DNA of 26,892 nucleotides from Microcystaceae cyanobacterium. GTDB taxonomy: Bacteria > Cyanobacteriota > Cyanobacteriia > Cyanobacteriales > Microcystaceae. Numbering within the stretch: position 1 is the stretch's first letter; every line of letters starts with the position of its first letter. The notes under the pieces were generated by a model that did not search any database, had not been told where the DNA came from, and saw only the letters and a program-made list of their open reading frames with translations. Location of the stretch: positions 1 through 26,892 of the forward strand of contig JBGTGT010000110.1 in the NCBI GenBank assembly GCA_041746575.1, written 5' to 3'. The position numbers were made by a program, and so were the translations under genes. Below, in pieces: positions 8,149 through 17,683 of this stretch.

Positions 8149-10092
8149 TTATAACGAGGCTTCTGCTTGATTAGGCAAGGGTAATGGGGTATCAGGAAGG
8201 GGGCTGGCAAGGGGAATTTCTTCCACTTCTGGCAAAGATTCAAGGATTAAGCGGGAAGATTGCGTTCCACCGGAGAGTCGTTTTAGTAACTGCGGTCGCG
8301 GATCATGGAGTAAATAGATAATTTCATCGCCAACTTTCCAATCTTCCGAGGCTTTAACCGCCTGTAAACTACTATTGCGTTTTACCAGTAACGGAATAAG
8401 CTCTCCTGCTCGGATTAACGCCTGAAAATGCACCTGTTGTAAGGAAAAACTGGGTTCTTTAAACAGAGTCCGCCCTAATTTGACTTGATTATCATGAATA
8501 TATTGATTCCAATCCTTAATCGACAAAGAAGCCATAAAAGCGGCATTGACCTTATTAGTATTGGTGTTATTTTGCGCATTTTTCTGACTATTTTGCGGGA
8601 AAATAGCATAAACTCGAGGTGGCTGGAATTCTTCTAAGACTCTTTGCGCTAAAACGAGATTAACCTCGCCGTTACTCGTCAAGGCCATAAATGTTCCCAT
8701 TGATTCTAGCCCAGCCTTCTCTAACACCTCATAATCTAGCGCGCTACTTTGAAACACCGTTAAATTATCCGCTTCAGCTAACTGACAAGCTTCGGCATCC
8801 GTATCCATCATCACCACGGATTCTCCTTGTTCTTGGAATAAACGACCGATTAAACGTCCAAGGGGATTACAACCAACAATGACTGCCCCTGTTGCCTCAG
8901 AGGAAGTAACTTTCAGCCATTTTGCTACCCACCGCGCCGTTAACCCTTGCACGAAGACAGTCATCAGAATGGTGAGAAAGACAAGGGCTTTGATAGAATC
9001 TCCCCCATTAATCCCTTTTTGAGTCAGTAAGATTGCGAATAAAGAAGCAACAGAAGCAGAAACAATTCCTCTTGGGGCAATCCATGCGATAAAGAGCTTA
9101 TGTCGCCAAGTTAGATTACTATTAAAAGTACAAAGAGCAACACTAAGGGGACGCACCAGCAACATTAAGGTTAAAACCGTGAACACACTGCCCCAGCCCA
9201 AGACAAAAACGCTGGCAATAGATAAATCGGCGGCTAAAAGAACAAATAACACTGAGACGCAGAGAATAGTCAATTGTCCCTTAAATCGCCTTAATAATCG
9301 TTCTTCGGGCAAGGAAGAGGCTCTGAGAACCAAACCGGCGACGACCGTAGCCATTAATCCTGATTCACTGCGACTAATTTGCCCTAGCCCAAATAACCCC
9401 CAAACGCCCGCTAAAACGACTAAAACTTTGAGATCTTCCGATAAAAATTGGCAACGTTTCAAGATAAACCCTAATAACCAGCCGAAAAAGCCACCAATTA
9501 AGGCACCAATCCCTAAGCGGAGTAATAAACCACTGCCAATCTCGAAGACACTGGCATTACTGTTTAAGATGGTATCGAGAACAACAACAGCTAAAATTGC
9601 ACCGACTGGGTCAATTAAAACCCCTTCTCCTTCTAAAAGAGTAGCAATACGCTTATCTACTTGAACTTGCTTCAGCAGAGGACTAATGACGGTGGGTCCG
9701 GTCACCACCACTAGGGCAGCATAGAGAAAGGCGATAGACCAAGGAAATTCGGCTAACCAATGGGCAGCTAATCCGCCACCAATAAGCGTAATCAGCGTTC
9801 CAATTGTGACAAGATTACGTAGGCTATTAGAGACTAAACCTAACTCTCTTAGGCTTAAATTTAAGCCTCCTTCAAATAAAATGATCGCAACAGATAAGGC
9901 CACCAAGACTTCTAAACCAACCCCTAATTGATGGGGATGGAGTAAATTTAAGCCATCATGACCCAGTGCCATTCCTGAGAGAAGCAGTAGGACAATACTG
10001 GGAATTTTAAAGTATTCGGCGATCACTTGGGCGGTAATACCTGCAAGTACGGCAACAACGATTTGAAGCGTAATTTCAAAGGCACTATCCAT
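8149..10092 (-). CDS. CPA1-type cation:proton antiporter with C-terminal TrkA-N/NAD-binding domain
   Basis: ILFEGGL, TGPTV, EGVLIDP, APRGIV; cytoplasmic IVGCNPLG Rossmann-like motif. Confidence 0.92.
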   Translation of the reverse strand: MDSAFEITLQIVVAVLAGITAQVIAEYFKIPSIVLLLLSGMALGHDGLNLLHPHQLGVGLEVLVALSVAIILFEGGLNLSLRELGLVSNSLRNLVTIGTLITLIGGGLAAHWLAEFPWSIAFLYAALVVVTGPTVISPLLKQVQVDKRIATLLEGEGVLIDPVGAILAVVVLDTILNSNASVFEIGSGLLLRLGIGALIGGFFGWLLGFILKRCQFLSEDLKVLVVLAGVWGLFGLGQISRSESGLMATVVAGLVLRASSLPEERLLRRFKGQLTILCVSVLFVLLAADLSIASVFVLGWGSVFTVLTLMLLVRPLSVALCTFNSNLTWRHKLFIAWIAPRGIVSASVASLFAILLTQKGINGGDSIKALVFLTILMTVFVQGLTARWVAKWLKVTSSEATGAVIVGCNPLGRLIGRLFQEQGESVVMMDTDAEACQLAEADNLTVFQSSALDYEVLEKAGLESMGTFMALTSNGEVNLVLAQRVLEEFQPPRVYAIFPQNSQKNAQNNTNTNKVNAAFMASLSIKDWNQYIHDNQVKLGRTLFKEPSFSLQQVHFQALIRAGELIPLLVKRNSSLQAVKASEDWKVGDEIIYLLHDPRPQLLKRLSGGTQSSRLILESLPEVEEIPLASPLPDTPLPLPNQAEASL

Positions 10093-10412
10093 AACTTACT
10101 TTAATAAGGAGGTCATTGAGGCGACGTTCGTCTTGACTGGCCGTTCATTGGCATTACGTCAGAAAAGTCAAGCCCATAAAAGGCAAGGATTGGAGGACGT
10201 TCAGTGCGTTAATGGTTTTTTTTTGATAAACATTAAAAAATTATCAGAAAAATATTCCTATTTGTCTTGACTATTTTAACATCATATTTAAGGAAAGCCA
10301 TGAAGCGGTGAGGCGTGGAGGGGTCACTTGGATCAAGGGTCGCCCGTTCGATAAAATTTATTAATTTCGATAAACTTTATTAGTATAGTCTCTTAATCGT
10401 CATTCAAAGCCA

Positions 10413-11738
10413 ATGAGTCGTTTGCTTTTCGCTTGGGGTCAATCTAGAAATCAGCTACGCCCAAAAAGGGACTGGCCAGAAATTGGGCAAATTATCGGGT
10501 TATTTCTGGCGGCGTTAGTCCTTTGCTTGGTTAATCTCAATACCACCCCTCTTTTGCCAGATGAGCAAATAGTTTTGGATAGCATTTTATCTTTTGGGGG
10601 TGATTTTAAACCTGAAATACAGTATTCCTTAAGTTCATGGCAAGAAATCAATTTTAATACTGTAAAATCGCAATTTTTTATTTATTTAACGAATTATCCT
10701 TGGTTATTGCGTCTTCCCAGTGCTTTATTAACGTCTCTTTCCATTCCCCTATTGTATCGGTTGGGTCGAGAAAGTTTTAAATTACATCTTCCGGCTTTAT
10801 TTTCTGCCATTATTTATCTAACTTATCTTCCTGTCATTAGTTATGGTCGTCTGGGAACTGCTTACGGCTTAATTCTTTTTTTGGAAATTGCAATTTTTTG
10901 GTGTGGGTTACGGGTGCGTCGGGATTTACGGTGGGCGTTGGTCTTGGGATTGAGTGTCGGAATCTTGATGCTGATTCATTCTTGGCTGTGGTTACCCATT
11001 ATTTTGGTTTTAACGGGGTTTTGGCTTTGGGATACTCCTAGACTCATTACTTCTCCTTATCTATGGCTGGGGGCATTTTTGGGCTGTTTTCCTGCTTTTA
11101 TGCGCTACGGTATGGGAGGACTAGCCACAGGAGAATGGGTGAATTTAACGCATTTAATCGGTTTATGGGAAAACCATCAACTGATATTAATAAATTTTTC
11201 GGTTACAAATCCTCTAAAATTCATTTTTCTCGCTTTACCTTGGTTAATATTTGCTGTAGATGGCTTTAATCTTGCTTGGCGGGAGCGGTTATGGAGTTGG
11301 GCGAAATTTTTGCTAGTCGGGACGATTATTTTTATTCCTTTAGCCTTTGTCTTGAATTTTAACGATTTTAAAGAATTACTGTTAATTTACCCTATTTTCT
11401 CTTTAGCGGGCGGAATTGCCCTTGCCAAAACCCATTATCCCACCCTTAACTCTTCCTATCCGAAAGTTTGGGGGGTTGCCCTTCTGAGTTTGATGTTTCT
11501 CTGGTTTATTGGGGGTTTATCTTTATATTTTAATCTTTTTCCTTTATTCCCCTCTCTGGCGGTATTAGCGGCAAACAATCAATTTATCCTGCTAGTTGGT
11601 GCGATGATGATCACTTTGACGACGTCTAGCGTGCTGATTTGGCGAGGAAATCCGCAATTTATTACGATTCTTGCTTGGGGAATGTATGTCTCATTAATTT
11701 TATGGTTGAGTTCCCCTTACTGGCTTCTCATTCTATAA
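10413..11738 (+). CDS. ArnT/PMT-like (GT39, GT-C fold) membrane glycosyltransferase-like protein
   Basis: Polytopic; PDE after TM1, RLPSALL...PLLYRLGRE pattern. Divergent, so activity is uncertain. Confidence 0.65.
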   Translation: MSRLLFAWGQSRNQLRPKRDWPEIGQIIGLFLAALVLCLVNLNTTPLLPDEQIVLDSILSFGGDFKPEIQYSLSSWQEINFNTVKSQFFIYLTNYPWLLRLPSALLTSLSIPLLYRLGRESFKLHLPALFSAIIYLTYLPVISYGRLGTAYGLILFLEIAIFWCGLRVRRDLRWALVLGLSVGILMLIHSWLWLPIILVLTGFWLWDTPRLITSPYLWLGAFLGCFPAFMRYGMGGLATGEWVNLTHLIGLWENHQLILINFSVTNPLKFIFLALPWLIFAVDGFNLAWRERLWSWAKFLLVGTIIFIPLAFVLNFNDFKELLLIYPIFSLAGGIALAKTHYPTLNSSYPKVWGVALLSLMFLWFIGGLSLYFNLFPLFPSLAVLAANNQFILLVGAMMITLTTSSVLIWRGNPQFITILAWGMYVSLILWLSSPYWLLIL

Positions 11739-11784
11739 TGAGTGAAAACGCTTAATCTCGCTTAAAAAAAGAACGGGCGAAACT

Positions 11785-12969
11785 ATGTCTAAGATTGAAA
11801 CGCGCACTGAACCCATGGTACTGAACATGGGACCGCATCACCCCTCCATGCACGGGGTTTTACGGTTAATTGTTACCCTTGATGGTGAGGATGTCGTTGA
11901 CTGCGAGCCTGTAATTGGTTATCTTCATCGAGGAATGGAGAAAATTGCGGAAAATCGGACAAATATCATGTATATTCCCTATGTAAGTCGTTGGGACTAT
12001 GCTGCAGGGATGTTTAATGAAGCAATTACTGTTAACGCACCGGAAAAGTTAGCGGATATTGACGTTCCTAAACGCGCCCAATATATACGGGTGATTATGT
12101 TAGAATTAAACCGCATTGCAAATCATTTATTGTGGTTAGGCCCTTTCTTAGCGGATGTTGGCGCACAAACGCCTTTTTTCTACATCTTTCGGGAGCGCGA
12201 GATGATTTACGACCTCTGGGAAGCGGCTTCAGGGATGCGGTTAATCAATAATAATTATTTCCGTATCGGTGGGGTGGCAGTTGATTTGCCCTACGGTTGG
12301 GTGGATAAATGTGAAGATTTTTGTGATTATTTTACGCCCAAAGTTGACGAATATGAAAAATTAATCACAAAGAACCCCATATTTCGCCGTCGAGTCGAAG
12401 GAGTCGGCACGATTACCCATGATGAAGCGATTAATTGGGGATTATCGGGTCCTATGTTAAGAGGGTCTGGGGTAAAATGGGATCTACGTAAGGTGGATCG
12501 CTACGAGTGCTACGATGATTTTGATTGGGATGTGCAGTGGGAAACCGCGGGCGATTGTTATGCTCGTTATTTAGTCCGTATTCGCGAAATGCGAGAATCT
12601 ATCAAGATTTTACGTCAGGCATTGCCAAGATTACCCGGTGGACCTTACGAAAATCTCGAAGCTAAACGTATCGCTGAGGGCAAGAAGTCGGAATGGAATG
12701 GCTTTGATTATCAGTATATCGCTAAGAAAGTCGCCCCTACCTTCAAAATTCCTGCCGGCGAACACTATGTTCGTTTAGAGAGTGGAAAGGGAGAATTGGG
12801 CATTTTTATCGTGGGAAATGATGATGTTTTCCCGTGGCGATGGAAAATTCGCGCTCCGGATTTTAATAATTTACAAATTCTGCCTTATCTCTTGAAAGGG
12901 GTTAAAGTTGCTGATATTATGGCAATCTTAGGCAGTATTGACGTAATTATGGGATCAGTTGATCGATAA
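11785..12969 (+). CDS. ndhH: NAD(P)H-quinone oxidoreductase subunit H
   Basis: [23 protein letters not shown], terminal DVIMGSVDR. Confidence 0.99.
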   Translation: MSKIETRTEPMVLNMGPHHPSMHGVLRLIVTLDGEDVVDCEPVIGYLHRGMEKIAENRTNIMYIPYVSRWDYAAGMFNEAITVNAPEKLADIDVPKRAQYIRVIMLELNRIANHLLWLGPFLADVGAQTPFFYIFREREMIYDLWEAASGMRLINNNYFRIGGVAVDLPYGWVDKCEDFCDYFTPKVDEYEKLITKNPIFRRRVEGVGTITHDEAINWGLSGPMLRGSGVKWDLRKVDRYECYDDFDWDVQWETAGDCYARYLVRIREMRESIKILRQALPRLPGGPYENLEAKRIAEGKKSEWNGFDYQYIAKKVAPTFKIPAGEHYVRLESGKGELGIFIVGNDDVFPWRWKIRAPDFNNLQILPYLLKGVKVADIMAILGSIDVIMGSVDR

Positions 12970-13036
12970 TAATTATCTGGGTGGGTTTATCTATGTTGAA
13001 CTGAAACGAGAGGATTGATTACCCACCCCACTTCAT

Positions 13037-14773
13037 TTAAGGTTGATCTAAAATGCACTGACTGGAAACAACTAACCAATCATTCGATTTAAAATCTGTG
13101 CAGTTTTGCCCTATCTGCCAGAGTATAGAAACTTTGCCCGCTTTTCGTTGTTTTTCTATTTCTTGAGCGATATCTTTCCACTGCTTAAGCCACACATTAC
13201 TTTTTATAAACTCTGGGGAAAACGTTGATTCTCTCATCACAAAAAAATCGATGCTATATTGCTCGATAAATTTTTTAAGATGTGAAAGGTCATCGGTATA
13301 GTGAGCGTTAATTAAGTCAGTGGTTTTTTGTTTAATAGGGATATAATATTTGAGATGATAAGGCACTGTAAACTCTCCTCCAGTTAGGACAGAACGTCGA
13401 GAAAAGGTAGGAATATTGTTGCTGGGAAGTTCCTCTAAAGAGGCAATCATAATATCTTTAGGTTGCTTAGTAAAAAAGCTTTCAAGACTGGGATTATGAT
13501 AAAAAGCTCTGGGTGATTTTTGAAATGATAAATAAAAAGGATATAATAAACAGTATCCTCCTAATAGAGTAGTTATTGCTATAACTGCTATCTTTCTAGT
13601 AATTACCGGAAGGTGTATATTAAAACTTAACCAACACCAAATTGATTGAAAAAGTATAAATAGAGATAAACTAGAGGCAAAAACAATGACAAAACTAAGG
13701 GGAAATCTTGTGTATCTATTTGGAAAGTAAAGCTTAAAAAAAACAAGATGAGCCAACAGATTTAGAGTCAATGAAACACCGACAATTTGAAATAATACTA
13801 ATACATCCTTTCTGACTTTACTTACTAAGGGAAACATGGATGAAAAGCAGAGAATAAAGGGCAACCCAAAACTTAATAAGCTAATTCGAGTTGAAGACTT
13901 TAGTAATTTTCCTGGTTTTAATCCACTCTGCCACCCAAAAATATATGTATCTAGAATATTATCAGAATAATAAGGTGTTCTGCCATTAGGATACCAAAAT
14001 TCGGGCATTTTTATTGCTTCTGACCCTGGAGTGCTAGGAAGAAATTGTTGAGATGATATGACGTAACATAGAATGGGAATAGCAGCGATTAAGATACCAA
14101 TTATGCTAATGGTATAGTCGCGACGATTATCTGCAAATACAAACCTTCCTCTTTTCCATTGAAACAATCGAACGATTAATAATCCTATTATTAAAAAAAG
14201 AAAAGGAGTATAAAATAATCCTAGTAAAATAATCGCTCCTAATAATAGTAATAGTTTATCTCGAATGAGATAATATAAAAAGGCTGGAAAAAGTACTAAG
14301 AAAAATGATCGGGGTAAAGGATCACTTGGAAAAAAGGTCAACCATGATAAAGTGGTTGTTAAAAAGCCAAATGTTATGATTGGCAAAATTTCTAGAGACA
14401 ATAAAAAGACATATGCTGACGAAAATATAATAATAAATAGTGGAATAATTTGCATGACCAGTAATGGCTTGATTCCTAATTTGGACAAGATAAAGAATAC
14501 AAAAGTATAGCCTCTAGGAGTTACAGCTTCAAAATAGTTAGCAATTAAATCATTAGGAAATAATTCTGGATCGATAAAGCGATTTAACCAAAAATAAATT
14601 CTAATATCATCATTGAAAATTTCTCCTTGATATTGTCCGGTCAAAACACCCTGATAAACAATAAGCGAGCAAAGACTGATAAAAAGTAAAGTAAAACTTA
14701 ATCCTATTTTGACTCTCTGATTTTGCTCTGGAGAAATGGGTTCAAATAGAAAATAAGATAGTCGATCAATCAT
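13037..14773 (-). CDS. Hypothetical polytopic membrane protein, possibly GT-C fold
   Basis: 578 aa, many hydrophobic segments, acidic DD after TM1, DPELFPNDLIANYF, FPNRY, soluble C-terminal domain. Confidence 0.7.
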   Translation of the reverse strand: MIDRLSYFLFEPISPEQNQRVKIGLSFTLLFISLCSLIVYQGVLTGQYQGEIFNDDIRIYFWLNRFIDPELFPNDLIANYFEAVTPRGYTFVFFILSKLGIKPLLVMQIIPLFIIIFSSAYVFLLSLEILPIITFGFLTTTLSWLTFFPSDPLPRSFFLVLFPAFLYYLIRDKLLLLLGAIILLGLFYTPFLFLIIGLLIVRLFQWKRGRFVFADNRRDYTISIIGILIAAIPILCYVISSQQFLPSTPGSEAIKMPEFWYPNGRTPYYSDNILDTYIFGWQSGLKPGKLLKSSTRISLLSFGLPFILCFSSMFPLVSKVRKDVLVLFQIVGVSLTLNLLAHLVFFKLYFPNRYTRFPLSFVIVFASSLSLFILFQSIWCWLSFNIHLPVITRKIAVIAITTLLGGYCLLYPFYLSFQKSPRAFYHNPSLESFFTKQPKDIMIASLEELPSNNIPTFSRRSVLTGGEFTVPYHLKYYIPIKQKTTDLINAHYTDDLSHLKKFIEQYSIDFFVMRESTFSPEFIKSNVWLKQWKDIAQEIEKQRKAGKVSILWQIGQNCTDFKSNDWLVVSSQCILDQP

Positions 14774-14985
14774 ACTCTTTGTTTAATGAGTTATTTGAAT
14801 TAGAATGTCCGCATAGCATAGCATAGTAATACGTTTTAAACAAGTTCGAGACAAGGGCAAACGAAGACAAAAAAACTCATTGAATGAGAATAAAACCATA
14901 ATTGCAATATCTCAAATTAATTTGATCATCCATCCTGTATGATGAAGACGAATACTCTCTTTTAAGAACCTTATTCCGACTCATC

Positions 14986-15486
14986 ATGTCAGATCTCTAT
15001 GTTACTTGGGAACAGTATTACCAAAAGATTGAACGATTAGCCGACACAATTTATCAATCAGGTTGGGAATTTGACCAAATTATCTGCTTAGCACGGGGAG
15101 GGGTACGAATTGGGGATATTTTTAGCCGTTTGTACCAAAAACCCCTAGCCATCTTGTTTACTTCTTCCTATAATTCGGAGCATAAACGGACAGAAATCCA
15201 ATTTGCTGAATATTTAACGATGATAGGAGAAAATTTAGGAAATAAGGTCTTGCTCGTCGACGATTTAGTGGATTCCGGCATTAGTTTAGAGAAATCGATT
15301 GATTGGTTAAAAAATCGCTATCCGATTCAAGAGATTCGAACTGCCGTCATTTGGTGCAAAGGTTATTCTACTTTTAAACCTGATTATTATGTGGATTATT
15401 TAGTCAATAGTCCTTGGATTCATCAGCCTTTTGAGGTTTATGAACAAATAACGCTCGCTGATTTGGTCAACCGTTACGAAACATAA
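14986..15486 (+). CDS. Type I phosphoribosyltransferase (Gpt/Hpt-like)
   Basis: LARGG, PRPP-binding VLLVDDLVDSG, WIHQPFE. Confidence 0.92.
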   Translation: MSDLYVTWEQYYQKIERLADTIYQSGWEFDQIICLARGGVRIGDIFSRLYQKPLAILFTSSYNSEHKRTEIQFAEYLTMIGENLGNKVLLVDDLVDSGISLEKSIDWLKNRYPIQEIRTAVIWCKGYSTFKPDYYVDYLVNSPWIHQPFEVYEQITLADLVNRYET

Positions 15487-15611
15487 TGAGGGAGAAGGGG
15501 AGATTGGGTGACGTCACGGTTACGAATGGCTAGGTCAGGAAATTGTTAAACTGGTTACTAATGATGGGTAGGGCGCAAGCTTTATACCCTCTACAAGTTA
15601 CTGATTACTGT

Positions 15612-16964
15612 ATGACCCTTTCTGAATCTTCTCATAACGCCTCATTTTTTAGTAATATTAATCAAGGCTTTCGTTATCTTCTTAAAAAAGTAGCGAATTT
15701 GCGTTTAGCGATTGTTTTACTGCTTCTGATTGCCCTTTTTAGTATCAGCGGGACTGTCATTGAACAAAATCAGTCCATTGAATTTTATCAAAGTAATTAT
15801 CCTGAAGATCCGGCCTTATTTGGCTTTTTAAGTTGGAAAGTTTTATTATTTCTCGGTCTAAATGATGTTTATCGAACATGGTGGTTTTTGTCTCTTCTTG
15901 TTCTTTTTGGCGTTAGTTTAACTGCCTGTACCTTTACCCGTCAATGGCCAGCTTTGAAAGCGGCGCAACGATGGAAATTTTATGAAAATCGTCGTCAATT
16001 TGAAAAATTAGCTCTCAGTGTTCAATTAGATAAGACTTCTCAATCAGATTTGATTTCACTTTTACAGGCTAACAATTACAAAGTCTTTCAAGAAGGCAAT
16101 AAAATTTATGCCCGCAAAGGCTTAATTGGACGAATTGGCCCTATCATTGTTCATGCGGCTATGTTGATTGTGCTGATAGGTTCAATTTGGGGGGCATTTG
16201 GCGGCTTTTTTGCGCAGGAACTGGTTTCGGCGGGCAATACCTTCCAAGTTCGCCATATTATTGAAGCAGGGTTACTTTCTCAGTCTCAGCTACCGCAGGA
16301 TTGGGGAGTTAAAGTCAATCGGTTTTGGATTGATTATACGCCAGATGGTCATATTGCTCAATTCTATTCAGATTTATCGGTTGTTGACCAAAAAGGAGAG
16401 CAATTAAAACATAAGGTTATTCGGGTTAATGATCCCTTACGTTACGATGGTGTAACCTTTTATCAGACTGATTGGGGGATTGCCGGTATCAAAGTTAAGA
16501 TCAATAATAGTCCGATTTTTCAAATTCCCATGGCGCAAATTCCGACTGAAGGGGAGGGCCGTATTTGGGGAACTTGGATTCCCACGAAACCGGACTTAAG
16601 CGAAGGTGTTTCTTTACTTGCTAGAGATTTGAATGGAACAATGGTTGTTTATGACCAAAAAGGTAACCTTAACAGTGCTATTCGTCCCGGTATTCCTCTC
16701 GAAATTAATGGAGTCACTTTAAATATTTTAGAAATCATTGGTAGCACAGGATTACAAATTAAGGCAGATCCCGGTGTTCCCATTGTTTATACGGGGTTTG
16801 GGCTAATTATGGTGGGGGTTATCTTCAGTTATTTCTCTCATTCACAAATTTGGGCTTTAGAAGATGACCAATTCCTGTATCTAGGGGGGCGAACTAATCG
16901 CGCTCAAGTGACCTTTGAACGGGAATTATTAGGGATGTTGGGGCAGATTGACGGTAAAATATGA
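15612..16964 (+). CDS. ccs1: Cytochrome c biogenesis protein Ccs1/CcsB (ResB family)
   Basis: [50 protein letters not shown]. The ATG at 15612 is preferred over the track start at 15543. Confidence 0.95.
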   Translation: MTLSESSHNASFFSNINQGFRYLLKKVANLRLAIVLLLLIALFSISGTVIEQNQSIEFYQSNYPEDPALFGFLSWKVLLFLGLNDVYRTWWFLSLLVLFGVSLTACTFTRQWPALKAAQRWKFYENRRQFEKLALSVQLDKTSQSDLISLLQANNYKVFQEGNKIYARKGLIGRIGPIIVHAAMLIVLIGSIWGAFGGFFAQELVSAGNTFQVRHIIEAGLLSQSQLPQDWGVKVNRFWIDYTPDGHIAQFYSDLSVVDQKGEQLKHKVIRVNDPLRYDGVTFYQTDWGIAGIKVKINNSPIFQIPMAQIPTEGEGRIWGTWIPTKPDLSEGVSLLARDLNGTMVVYDQKGNLNSAIRPGIPLEINGVTLNILEIIGSTGLQIKADPGVPIVYTGFGLIMVGVIFSYFSHSQIWALEDDQFLYLGGRTNRAQVTFERELLGMLGQIDGKI

Positions 16965-16996
16965 GTCAGTCGAATAAAGTGTGAGGAAGGGCTATC

Positions 16997-17683
16997 ATGA
17001 CCTTATCAGAATCAGAAGTGACCAAACTTTGGGAAACCTTTCAAATTTTTGATCAAGATGGCAACGGGGCAATTTCTTTGGCAGAATTAGAGAAAATTAC
17101 CCAATCTTTAGGGCAAAACCTCAGTCAAACGGCCTTGAAGGAAATGATTCGGGAAGTGGATACGGACTTATCGAGCAGTATTGATTTTGAGGAATTTCAA
17201 GCTTTAATGATATCCCACCAAGGGGATAGAGGGAGTCGTCTTCACTTAGCTTTTAGTGTCTTTGATGAGGATAATAGCGGCGAAATCACCGTAGAAGAAT
17301 TAAAATCAGTGATGAGTCAGTTTGGTTTAACAGAAGACGAATTAACCCCCATGTTACAGGAAGTGGATCATGATGGGGATGGTTCAATCGATTTTATAGA
17401 ATTCAGCAGATTAGTGCCGCAAGAGTCCGAAATTGCCCACGGTTATCAGGATGTTTCTAAAATTGTCCCCCTTCAGCCCCTGCCCTCCCCTGAGGTTACC
17501 CCTGCCGTTACGCCGACTGTCGCCCCTCTTCTGTTGCTACCCTACAAAAATCGAAGTTTGACGCCGGAAAAGGAACATCTCGCCTGCAAATGCAAATCGG
17601 AATGTTCAGATTGCTTCAAGGGGCAGCTTATCGCTGTTTTCGGGAAAGTTTTTCAGCCCATCATGAAACCCATCTTCGGGTGA
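16997..17683 (+). CDS. Calmodulin-like four-EF-hand domain (5' part of a frameshifted fusion gene)
   Basis: EF loops DQDGNGAISLAE, DTDLSSSIDFEE, DEDNSGEITVEE, DHDGDGSIDFIE; calmodulin-like SLGQN...EMIREVD; purine-rich RBS GAGGAAGGG upstream. Confidence 0.9.
   Translation: MTLSESEVTKLWETFQIFDQDGNGAISLAELEKITQSLGQNLSQTALKEMIREVDTDLSSSIDFEEFQALMISHQGDRGSRLHLAFSVFDEDNSGEITVEELKSVMSQFGLTEDELTPMLQEVDHDGDGSIDFIEFSRLVPQESEIAHGYQDVSKIVPLQPLPSPEVTPAVTPTVAPLLLLPYKNRSLTPEKEHLACKCKSECSDCFKGQLIAVFGKVFQPIMKPIFG

Noticed and set aside
10093..10412. Possible c-di-AMP or other riboswitch upstream of the cation antiporter
   Set aside because: I found no matching consensus motifs on the minus strand, only a weak CTTGACT/AGTCAAG stem.
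12979..13028. GGGTGGGT...ACCCACCC as the ndhH terminator
   Set aside because: An 8-bp stem with a 34-nt loop and no U-tract; it may be a repeat remnant but is too weak to call.
15543..15611. N-terminal extension of Ccs1 in the ORF track
   Set aside because: It begins at a non-ATG start and crosses a REP-like palindrome; ATG 15612 fits the family better.
17590..17655. LLQGAAYRCFR as an IQ calmodulin-binding motif
   Set aside because: The spacing does not fit IQxxxRGxxxR. An intramolecular target helix remains possible but is unsupported.
17560..17683. Cys-rich tail CKCKSECSDC of the EF-hand ORF as a metal-binding domain
   Set aside because: It lies after the inferred frameshift and is most likely out-of-frame read-through.
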